Positions 9,189-16,903 of a DNA stretch of 64,000 bases are shown here, piece after piece. The stretch covers positions 4,659,699 through 4,723,698 of the forward strand of contig OZ242005.1 of the NCBI GenBank assembly GCA_965204725.1, read 5' to 3'. Made by a program: the position numbers and the translations under genes. Every line of letters starts with the position of its first letter. The stretch's first letter is position 1. This DNA is from Candidatus Latescibacterota bacterium (lineage in GTDB: Bacteria; Latescibacterota; UBA2968; UBA8231). The notes beneath the pieces were generated by a model. That model saw nothing but the letters and a program-made list of their open reading frames with translations. It did no database searches and was not told the DNA's origin.

Positions 9189-9680
9189 TCACTCGTCCAC
9201 GATCTCTAGTATAGAGCCGTCGGGCTGAATCCGCCGCCGTTCCGGCTCAACCCCCTCAAACCACCCCTCCAACGCCCCGAGCATCCGGCTCGCACGTTCC
9301 GGCTCGGACGACGCCATGTTGTTCTGTTCCAGCGGGTCGTCGTCAATATTATACAACTCCAAATCAGCCGGCGGCGGTATAATCATCTCCGGATCCGGTT
9401 CGCTCATCAGTTCCGTCACCTCGTCAAGCGCGATGCGGTCCATCCCGCGCACCTCCATCGGCGTCAACGCGCCAGTGCGGTGAGGGTAACGACCCGTCAG
9501 CAGTGCCGCCCGCGATGGCGAGCAGGCTGGCGACCCGGCGTAGTGTTGGGTTAGACAGACCCCCTCGCCAACCAGCGCGTCGAGATGGGGGGTGCGGGCC
9601 GGGCCGTCGTTAAAAACGCCGAAATCGCCATAGCCCATGTCGTCGGCGACGATAAGAATCACATTGGGTCGTTTTGGCAT
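9189..9680 (-). pseudogene. internally deleted sulfatase remnant
   Basis: 163 aa. It has the sulfatase N-terminus (ILIVADDMGYGD, formylglycine motif CSPSRAALLTGR) joined in frame to a sulfatase C-terminal motif (LYNIDDDPLEQNN). The roughly 300-aa catalytic core expected between them is absent. Confidence 0.7.
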
Positions 9681-9721
9681 TACGATTATCCTGAGTCGTA
9701 GAGAAATTTCAAGCGGGTCTC

Positions 9722-9958
9722 ATGTGCTCTCGTGTGCTTATTGATAGGCGTGCGCCCTTCTGGAGTAGGTGCGATGAAGGAAACGCCCCGTCGGAGGGCG
9801 TTGAGATTCCGATGTCGCCGTGCGCTACCGATCGAGATGGCTTGCAGCAGGTGTTGACCCGCTTGGGTGCGTCCGGCGTAGCCCGGTTACGTAAACTGTG
9901 GGGCGATGGCGGCTATCGAGGCGAGGCGATCGTCATGCCCGAGATTATGAGGTGTTGA
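9722..9958 (+). pseudogene. DDE transposase fragment (IS4/IS5-like C-terminal piece)
   Basis: The short ORF ends ...TDRDGLQQVLTRLGASGVARLRKLWGDGGYRGE. This resembles the region around the second catalytic Asp and the GDxGY segment of IS4/IS5-type transposases. No full-length ORF and no inverted repeats were seen. Confidence 0.35.
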
Positions 9959-9963
9959 ATAGA

Positions 9964-9996
9964 AAGCGCGACTCCGAATGTGCAGAAGTCGCGCTT
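9964..9996 (-). terminator. hairpin immediately downstream of ssrA (AAGCGCGACT / AGTCGCGCTT)
   Basis: A 10-bp perfect inverted repeat with a 13-nt loop starts 6 nt after the tmRNA CCA end. On the minus strand it is followed by UUUCUAUU. Confidence 0.5.
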
Positions 9997-10001
9997 AAAG
10001 A

Positions 10002-10360
10002 TGGTGGAGGCGGCGGGAATCGAACCCGCGTCCGAAACCGGTTCTACCGAAATATGCTACGTGCGTAGTCGGGCTTAGTTATCTCGCCTGTTGCGCTGCC
10101 GACCGACGGGCCGCGCAACAAGCCAGCCCGAAAAATCTCATCCCATCCCCTCGGGCGCGAGTTTGGGACCAGCCTGCTAAGAGATGGCATTGGGACCTGT
10201 CGCGCAGGCTCAACAGGCCCCAATGGGCTGCGCTAAATTTAGGCAGCCAGAGCGTACGTGTTATTTTCGTCGCTTAATTGTTTCCCGAGGATTTACGAGG
10301 TGTCGGGACCTCGGCACGCAATTTGGGCTTTTCCGACCCCGTCGAAGCCATGTCGCCCCC
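10002..10360 (-). ncRNA. ssrA: tmRNA (transfer-messenger RNA)
   Basis: The reverse complement begins GGGGGCGACAUGGCUUCGACGGGG and ends GGACGCGGGUUCGAUUCCCGCCGCCUCCACCA, the canonical tRNA-like ends. An internal tag reading frame ends GCU CUG GCU GCC UAA (..YALAA stop). Confidence 0.9.
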
Positions 10361-10367
10361 TGTGCAG

Positions 10368-10397
10368 ATAATAACAGACAATCGGGCACGATGTCAA
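10368..10397 (-). promoter_or_regulatory. sigma70-type promoter for ssrA
   Basis: On the minus strand: TTGACA, an 18-nt spacer, TATTAT, then 7 nt to the first G of the tmRNA. Confidence 0.55.
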
Positions 10398-10445
10398 CGC
10401 TCGGCAGTGGGTCCGGTTGAAATGACGCACGACCGATTGACGTTT

Positions 10446-10691
10446 TTATCTGAGATTTTCCAAGAAATCTTCTATTTCCACGTTAGCTTTTTTTAAGTTG
10501 GTCTTCAGCGTCCCTTTGGCCATCTCGTTGCCTTGAATAAGAACCATTGTATCGATCTGGTCGGTGTCTGGGTATGTTCTGGTCATCACTATATGACTTC
10601 CCCTTTGTCGCTTAAAAGTAAACCCTAAGCGTTGAAGGGCGTTTTGGGCTTTCTCCGACGAGATACCAGAGGGAATTTTGGGATTAGGCAA
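10446..10691 (-). CDS. hicA: HicA family mRNA-interferase toxin
   Basis: The start is placed at the TTG that overlaps the hicB stop (CTTGCCTAA). The product is MPNPKIPSGISSEKAQNALQRLGFTFKRQRGSHIVM..., which carries the HicA hallmark GF.F.RQ.GSH. The locus is AT-rich. Confidence 0.75.
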   Translation of the reverse strand: MPNPKIPSGISSEKAQNALQRLGFTFKRQRGSHIVMTRTYPDTDQIDTMVLIQGNEMAKGTLKTNLKKANVEIEDFLENLR

Positions 10692-10881
10692 GGTGCAGTT
10701 CTCTCTGGTGGCTTTCTGTAACTTCTTCAAGGTAGAGAGATACGGCTTCTTTGAGGTTGTTAAAAGCCTCTTCCTCATCCTTGCCTTGGCTGGCTATTCC
10801 GATCTGAGGGCAATGGGATACGTACAGTCCTTTCTTCTCTTGATAAATTTCAGCCGTTAGGATTGTTCCTTGTTTCGGCAT
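10684..10881 (-). CDS. hicB: HicB family antitoxin (UPF0150-like)
   Basis: 65 aa. The sequence ...YVSHCPQIGIASQGKDEEEAFNNLKEAVSLYLEE is the typical HicB/UPF0150 N-terminal domain. GGAG lies upstream of the ATG. Confidence 0.75.
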   Translation of the reverse strand: MPKQGTILTAEIYQEKKGLYVSHCPQIGIASQGKDEEEAFNNLKEAVSLYLEEVTESHQRELHLA

Positions 10882-10985
10882 AAGGAGCTCCTTCTTTGGG
10901 ATGAGTGTTAGAAGAAAATTTGGAGGGAGTTCTTTTCCTTAGCAAGTTGAGCCACTTCCCCACCAACTAGCCCACTTCCCAACGC

Positions 10986-11942
10986 TCAATTCACCACGTT
11001 GATCGGCGCACCGGCCAAGAAGGCCCGCACGTTTTCTGCCGTCATTTGCATCAGTCGCTGGCGCGCCTCTAGAGTGGCCCAAGCGATATGGGGCGTGATG
11101 AGTAGATTCGGTGCCTGTAAGAGCGGGTTGCCGCTGGCCATCGGCTCGACCGAAGCCACGTCGGTCGCTGCCGCTCGGGGCTTGCCGGCGCGCAGGGCCT
11201 GCAAAAGGGCCTGCTCATTGACGAGTGCCCCGCGTGCCGTGTTGATAAAAAGCGACCCTTCCTTCATGGTTGCCAACAATTCGGCGTTGACAAAGCCCGT
11301 GTTGTCCGGGGTCTGTGGGCAGTGCAAGCTGACCACGTCGGCCCCGGCGAAAATCTCCGCCGTGCTCTTGAGGGCAAACGGCGCGTACCCCGGCGGGTCC
11401 TTGGGCGACGGCGCGTAAGCCCAGACCTCCATGCCAAAAGCGTGGGCCAGCTCGCCGACGCGCTGGCCGATGCGCCCAAAGCCCACTAGGCCGATAACCT
11501 TTCCCACGAGCTCCATCAGCGGAGTCTCCCAAAAGCACCAATAGCCCGATTCGGCCCACCCTCCTCGATGCACGGCCGCGTCGTGATGCCCGATTCGGTG
11601 GCACAACTCCAGCAGCAGGGCCATGGTGTATTGGGCGACCGAATCGGTGCCGTAAACCGGAATGTTTGACACCGGAATGGCGCGGGCGCGGGCCGCCTCC
11701 ACATCGACGATGTTGTACCCGGTGGCCATAACCGACACAAAGCGCAAGTTGGGTAGCTGGGCAAACGTCTCGGCCGTCAGCGGCACCTTATTGGTCAAAA
11801 TCACGTCGGCGTCCGCAGCCCGGGCCAAGATCAGGTCGTCTGGAGTGGTGTCGTGTACTGCAAACTCGCCCAATGCCGAGACCGGGTCCCAAGGATTGTC
11901 GCCGGGGTTTAGGGTGTGTCCGTCTAGCACTGTGATCTTCAT
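10986..11942 (-). CDS. D-isomer-specific 2-hydroxyacid dehydrogenase (glycerate/hydroxypyruvate reductase-like)
   Basis: 318 aa with the NAD motif GLVGFGRIGQRV and a C-terminal ITPHIAWAT segment typical of the family. Confidence 0.85.
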   Translation of the reverse strand: MKITVLDGHTLNPGDNPWDPVSALGEFAVHDTTPDDLILARAADADVILTNKVPLTAETFAQLPNLRFVSVMATGYNIVDVEAARARAIPVSNIPVYGTDSVAQYTMALLLELCHRIGHHDAAVHRGGWAESGYWCFWETPLMELVGKVIGLVGFGRIGQRVGELAHAFGMEVWAYAPSPKDPPGYAPFALKSTAEIFAGADVVSLHCPQTPDNTGFVNAELLATMKEGSLFINTARGALVNEQALLQALRAGKPRAAATDVASVEPMASGNPLLQAPNLLITPHIAWATLEARQRLMQMTAENVRAFLAGAPINVVN

Positions 11943-11956
11943 AGAGTTCCTTTTAG

Positions 11957-13798
11957 CTATTTCTGGAGTTGTCCCACGTCTCGCACTGCCCCGTGCGCCG
12001 CGCTCGTCGTCAGTGCAGCATAGGCTTGTAGCGATTGAGGGATGTGGCGTTGGCGGTTGCGGGGCCGATAGGCGTCTATTTTTTGCCGTCGGGCGGAGAG
12101 CGCGGCGTCTGCGATCTGCACGTCAATTTTGCGATTGGGAATGTCGATGCGAATCCGGTCGCCGGTTTCCACGAGGGCCAGTGCTCCGCCCTCGGCCGCC
12201 TCTGGCGAGACGTGGCCAATCGACAGGCCGGAGGTGCCGCCGGAAAAGCGGCCGTCGGTCAACAGCGCACAGGTCTTGCCCAGCCCCATGGACTTGAGAT
12301 ACGACGTTGGATAGAGCATCTCCTGCATCCCCGGCCCGCCCTTGGGCCCCTCGTAGCGGATTACTACCACGTCGCCATCGCGGACCTTGCCGCCGAGGAT
12401 ACCCTCGCATGCTTCGTCCTGCGACTCAAAGATCCGGGCCGTGCCCTCAAAGACCCAGATCGACTCATCGACGCCCGCGGTCTTCACGATGCAGCCATCC
12501 TCAGCGATGTTGCCGAAAAGCACGGCCAGCCCGCCGTCTTGCGAATAAGCGTGCGCGACCGAGCGGATGCAGCCGGTTTGCTCGTCGGTGTCCGACTCGG
12601 GATAAAAGTTGTTTTGGGAGAAGGCGACCTTGGTCCGCACGTTCCCCGGGGCGGCCAATGCCCGCTGCTTGGCCGCCGCTTCCACCGCACCCGGCCCGCG
12701 AATGTCGTTTGCGGCGATTAGCTCGCCCAGCGACAGCCCGGCCACGGTGTTTGGCTCGGGGTGGATTTTGCCGGCGCGCAACAGCTCGCCGAGGATGCTC
12801 ATAATGCCGCCGGCGCGTGCGACGTCCTCTAGGTGAAACTCCTGCGAGGCCGGTGCTACCTTGCAGATGCAGGGGACCTGCCGCGAGAGCCGGTCGATGT
12901 CGGCCATGGTGAAATTGACTTCGGCCTCGCGGGCCATGGCCAACAGGTGCAGGACCGTGTTGGTGGAGCCGCCCATGGCAATGTCTAAGCTCATGGCGTT
13001 TTCAAAGGCCGAGAAGGTTGCAATGCTGCGCGGCAGCACCGACGTGTTGCCCTCTAAGTAAAATGCCTTGGCCATTTCGACAATTCGCTTGCCGGCCGCG
13101 GCAAAAAGCTCCCAGCGCAGTGCGTGCGTGGCGAGGACGGTGCCGTTGCCCGGCAGGGCTAGGCCGATGGCCTCGTTGAGGCAGTTCATGGAGTTGGCGG
13201 TGAACATGCCCGAGCACGAGCCACAGGTCGGGCAGGCTTGTTCTTCCATCTTGGCGACGTCCTCGTCGCTCAAGTTGGGATCGGCCGCGGCGACCATGGA
13301 GTCGATCAAATCGAGCTTGGCGCTGCCTGTTGATAGCTCGGCCTTGCCGGCCTCCATCGGCCCCCCAGAGACGAAGATCGCCGGGATGTTGAGCCTGAGC
13401 GCGGCCAGCAACATGCCTGGGGTGATCTTGTCACAATTGGAGATGCAGACGAGGGCGTCGGCCTTGTGGGCCTGCACCATGTATTCGACGCTGTCGGCGA
13501 TTAGCTCGCGGCTCGGCAGGGAGTAGAGCATCCCGTCGTGCCCCATGGCAATGCCGTCATCTACGGCAATGGTGTTAAACTCCACACCGTAGCCGCCGTG
13601 CTGGTCGATCACTTCCTTGACCTGCTGGCCAATGGGGTGCAAATGCACATGCCCGGGCACGAACTGAGTAAAGGAGTTGGCGATGGCGACGATGGGCTTT
13701 TGAAAGTCCTCGGTCTTCATGCCAGTGGCGCGCCACAGGGCACGCGCCCCGGCCATTCGCCGCCCCTGCGTGGTGGTACTGCTGCGAAATGATTGCAT
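11957..13798 (-). CDS. ilvD: dihydroxy-acid dehydratase
   Basis: 613 aa. The N-terminus [22 protein letters not shown] closely parallels E. coli Ilv[10 protein letters not shown] and the Fe-S ligand regions are present. Confidence 0.95.
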   Translation of the reverse strand: MQSFRSSTTTQGRRMAGARALWRATGMKTEDFQKPIVAIANSFTQFVPGHVHLHPIGQQVKEVIDQHGGYGVEFNTIAVDDGIAMGHDGMLYSLPSRELIADSVEYMVQAHKADALVCISNCDKITPGMLLAALRLNIPAIFVSGGPMEAGKAELSTGSAKLDLIDSMVAAADPNLSDEDVAKMEEQACPTCGSCSGMFTANSMNCLNEAIGLALPGNGTVLATHALRWELFAAAGKRIVEMAKAFYLEGNTSVLPRSIATFSAFENAMSLDIAMGGSTNTVLHLLAMAREAEVNFTMADIDRLSRQVPCICKVAPASQEFHLEDVARAGGIMSILGELLRAGKIHPEPNTVAGLSLGELIAANDIRGPGAVEAAAKQRALAAPGNVRTKVAFSQNNFYPESDTDEQTGCIRSVAHAYSQDGGLAVLFGNIAEDGCIVKTAGVDESIWVFEGTARIFESQDEACEGILGGKVRDGDVVVIRYEGPKGGPGMQEMLYPTSYLKSMGLGKTCALLTDGRFSGGTSGLSIGHVSPEAAEGGALALVETGDRIRIDIPNRKIDVQIADAALSARRQKIDAYRPRNRQRHIPQSLQAYAALTTSAAHGAVRDVGQLQK

Positions 13799-13874
13799 AA
13801 AAGCCCTTTCAGGAAGCTGCCGTCTGGCAGCGGGTTTTATAGTTAAGATGTGGTAAATCTGCGTTTTGCGCTTG

Positions 13875-13950
13875 CTCTGTCATGCTGAGCGAAGGCGAAG
13901 CATCTGCTGCCTCCATTACTCTGTCATGCTGAGCGAAGCGAAGCATCTGC
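13875..13950. repeat. two direct copies of a ~30-nt palindromic intergenic repeat (CTCTGTCATGCTGAGCGAAG(G)CGAAGCATCTGC)
   Basis: Copies at 13875-13907 and 13919-13950 are nearly identical. The same unit recurs at 51024-51106. Confidence 0.7.
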
Positions 13951-13952
13951 GT

Positions 13953-14807
13953 CTATCTGGCGAAATCAAATTCCAACACATCGCCCAAAGGCACGTAGCC
14001 GATTTTCTCATAGATGCTGTTAGAGGTTGGATTGGATACGTCGGCAAATAGGCTGCAAAACGAATAGTGCTCTGAGAGCAGCTTCTGGGTCAACGACGCG
14101 ACGCATGAAGTGGCATATCCTTTGTTGCGCTGCTCGGGCGGCGTGTACACCGCGTTGATCGTCGTGCCGTTTGTCAGCGGGCGAGAGGCTTTGGCGATGG
14201 AGACCGGCCCGTTGCAATCCCATACGTGTAGTTGCCCGTCGCCGATGGCCCGCTCGGCCTCTCTCGTCTTTTGGTCGCTATCGGCTGGCTCGCCCAACGC
14301 CTCTTGCGAAAAGGCGGCCATCCACTCCGCCATGAGCGGATAGTCGGCCATGCTGGCCAAGCGCAGCTCCCCCGCCGAAAGGGGGACAGCGGCCACCGTG
14401 CGCGCCTCAAATACGCGCATCCGCGCGGCCACCCTAGGCGATGCGCTAGGCACGGCCTCTGCCCAGCAAGCGGAAAAGGCGCGCGCTTGGGACGCCGGCC
14501 CGACGACGCCGGGGATGAGCGCGTCCGTTTTAAGCAGGTAGCGCACGAGATGAGCCATAATCCCATGTGCAACAAACGTGCTCAGGACGAGTCGCCGCGG
14601 CGGCGTCATTACGGCCACGCCGACCACTTCCCCTTGCTCCAAGACACTCAATAGCAGCGGTGGCTCAGGACCATAGCGCAGGGGGTCTTTGGCGAGCGCG
14701 TACGCGAGGCCGAGCGGCAAGTTGTTTTCGCTCTCCCGCGCTTCGAGGCAAGCACCTGAAAGCGCAATCAACTCGCTGGCGCTGGCGTGATGTATTATTT
14801 CGGGCAT
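13953..14807 (-). CDS. GNAT family N-acetyltransferase
   Basis: 284 aa. The C-terminal acetyl-CoA binding region is VYTPPEQRNKGYATSCVASL ... NPTSNSIYEKIGY. The ATG overlaps the upstream stop (TAATG). Confidence 0.75.
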   Translation of the reverse strand: MPEIIHHASASELIALSGACLEARESENNLPLGLAYALAKDPLRYGPEPPLLLSVLEQGEVVGVAVMTPPRRLVLSTFVAHGIMAHLVRYLLKTDALIPGVVGPASQARAFSACWAEAVPSASPRVAARMRVFEARTVAAVPLSAGELRLASMADYPLMAEWMAAFSQEALGEPADSDQKTREAERAIGDGQLHVWDCNGPVSIAKASRPLTNGTTINAVYTPPEQRNKGYATSCVASLTQKLLSEHYSFCSLFADVSNPTSNSIYEKIGYVPLGDVLEFDFAR

Positions 14808-16903
14808 TAAAAGGCCTGACCAATAGAAAAGTAAAACCGCACTCGCGGCCCCTCGTCCAAGTCGTCGTTGAGGGAGCCATCGTTAAAGGCTATGTCGAGC
14901 CGGAGGGGAAAACCCAAGACGTAGCGCACCCCCACCCCATAGCCATCTACCATGGGCCGCAAGGCCGCCTCGCTGGGCCGACGCCAGACCTGCGCCCGAT
15001 CCCAAAAGCCAACGAGGCCGAAACTGTTCCGCTGATAGCGCAATTCCCCGCGCATATTCAGGCCGAGGCGTCCGCCGCCCGTCGCCTGTATAGCATCGTA
15101 TTCGACTCCACGCACCGATCCCTCGCCTCCGTACGCCTTCCAGTACTTCTGCGGCAGGGCGCGTCCTCGACGCAGCGAACCCGTCCGCGTCCCTTGCAGG
15201 GCTAGGGCCAACACGAGCTGGCGCGAGAGTGGCTGGTAATATATAAGCTCGGCCTCGCCGTCAATCACATAGGTCTGGTGCCGACCCAGAATGAACGAAT
15301 AGGCGTACAGTCCGGTCAACCGCAAAAACGCGCCGCGGGTGGGGGCAAAGGGGTCATCGCGCGAGTCGCGCAAAAACTCGGTCCGCAAATTGACCGAGCG
15401 CTCGCGTTCCGTCAGAATCTGGAGCCAATCCGCGGTCACGGGGATTTTGCCGTCGCTGTAGTCTATGATCTCGTCTTGGGCGAGGGAACGGCCTTTGCCA
15501 GAGAAGTCGAAGTCGTCGTCGCCGAACAGGTCTTCCGCATCGGTCGGCTCATCGCTGCCGCTTTCTCCCCCTTCGGCGGGATTGGGCGCGTAGGCTATGC
15601 GCTTGCTCGGATCGGGCTGGATACGCGAGTCTTCCCCGCTAAGAGAGACTTGGGCTTGATAAATCTCGCGCCAGCCTTTGGTGAGCGTTGCTTCGGCTTT
15701 CCACAAGTGCTCAATCGAGCGGTATTTGAAGGTGGCCGTGTTGATGTACTCCCGCGCATCTACTTCCCCAGAGAACAACAAAAGGCCGTTGAGTATTGAG
15801 TCGTTGGCCGTCAAAAGCGCGAATTGCCGCTGGTCGTCTGGGTCGCCAGACCGCCTCGTGTTGTCTTCCCATTCGTCGGTGACCCCGGTCGATAGCACTA
15901 GGTCGGCCCCCGTGCCTAGCAAGTTGCGCTCGGTAAAGGACGCGGTGATGCCCTGCTCCGGCTGCCCCCAACTGGCGTCGAGGCTTAGCCGAGCGCCGCG
16001 GCCCAGCCAGTTGTTGTGTTGCACGAGCCCTTCCACGCGCGGCCTCGTGTTGCTGAACAAGGCGTTGGCACTCAGGGCGATGCGCTTTTTTTCGCTCAGG
16101 CGCACCACGATGGGCTGCAAGCTATCGCCCGTCTCGGGCGTGAGCAAAAAAACCGAGCGGAACAGGCCGGTCCGCGCCAGTTGCTCGCGGCTTTTGGCGA
16201 GCTGCTCGGGATCGTACACGTCCCCCGGCTCAAAGTGCATGTAGCGCTCGATTAGCTCCTTGCGCGTGTATAGCTGGTCGAGGTTTTCGACCTCGACGGC
16301 GCCGAAGTACATCTTGCGCCCGGGATCAATGCGGAAAACGACCTCGGTGCTGCGGCTGGCGCGGTCGTCCCCTACCCACTCGTTGCGCACGGCGGCGTGA
16401 GGATAGCCGCGCTGATTGAGGAAGCCTTGGAGTTGGCGCTCGCCTTCGAGCACCTTGCCGTAGTCAAGGGGGGCACCAGCGCGCAAGCTGACCTGAGTAC
16501 GCAGGGTGTCGGCCGCAAAGGGCGCGCCTCCTACGAGCGTTAGACGACGCACCGTCCACAGCGCGCCGCTGTCGATTTCAATGTGAATGTTTACCCGGTC
16601 TTTGGCGTCCAAGCGCAGGTACTTGCGGACGATCTCGGCGTCGCGGTAGCCTTTGCTGCGGTAGAGGTTGACGAGTTGGCTCAGGTCGTTTTTGAAGAAG
16701 CGGCGGTGGAAACGCTTGCCTTCTTGGGTCTGCATGGCCGCGCGCAAGGTCTCGCCTTTGATGCGCTTTTCGCCGCGGTGAACGAAGCGTATCTGGGCCA
16801 CCTTGTGGCCATCGGCTTGGCGGGCCGCTGTTTCGCGCAACTCCCCTTGGGCCGAGACAGCCTCGGCGAGGGCCAGACAGAGCGCGGCGGCGAACAAGCT
16901 CAT
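14807..16903 (-). CDS. Omp85 family outer-membrane protein (BamA/TamA-like, POTRA plus beta-barrel)
   Basis: 698 aa with a signal peptide (MSLFAAALCLALAEAVSAQG) and POTRA-like segments (IRFVHRGEKRIKGETL..., LVNLYRSKGYRDAEI). The C-terminal barrel ends in ...FYFSIGQAF. Confidence 0.8.
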   Translation of the reverse strand: MSLFAAALCLALAEAVSAQGELRETAARQADGHKVAQIRFVHRGEKRIKGETLRAAMQTQEGKRFHRRFFKNDLSQLVNLYRSKGYRDAEIVRKYLRLDAKDRVNIHIEIDSGALWTVRRLTLVGGAPFAADTLRTQVSLRAGAPLDYGKVLEGERQLQGFLNQRGYPHAAVRNEWVGDDRASRSTEVVFRIDPGRKMYFGAVEVENLDQLYTRKELIERYMHFEPGDVYDPEQLAKSREQLARTGLFRSVFLLTPETGDSLQPIVVRLSEKKRIALSANALFSNTRPRVEGLVQHNNWLGRGARLSLDASWGQPEQGITASFTERNLLGTGADLVLSTGVTDEWEDNTRRSGDPDDQRQFALLTANDSILNGLLLFSGEVDAREYINTATFKYRSIEHLWKAEATLTKGWREIYQAQVSLSGEDSRIQPDPSKRIAYAPNPAEGGESGSDEPTDAEDLFGDDDFDFSGKGRSLAQDEIIDYSDGKIPVTADWLQILTERERSVNLRTEFLRDSRDDPFAPTRGAFLRLTGLYAYSFILGRHQTYVIDGEAELIYYQPLSRQLVLALALQGTRTGSLRRGRALPQKYWKAYGGEGSVRGVEYDAIQATGGGRLGLNMRGELRYQRNSFGLVGFWDRAQVWRRPSEAALRPMVDGYGVGVRYVLGFPLRLDIAFNDGSLNDDLDEGPRVRFYFSIGQAF

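Noticed and set aside
10184-10496. Two + strand ORFs (78 and 72 aa) over the ssrA region.
   Set aside because: They lie antisense to, or overlap, the tmRNA gene and its promoter. The tmRNA identification is far stronger.
10952-10980. Two CCACTTCCC direct repeats 20 bp apart, upstream of hicB, as a possible operator.
   Set aside because: They are only 9 bp long and lie 70-100 nt upstream of the start, with no dyad symmetry. That is too weak to call without comparative or binding data.
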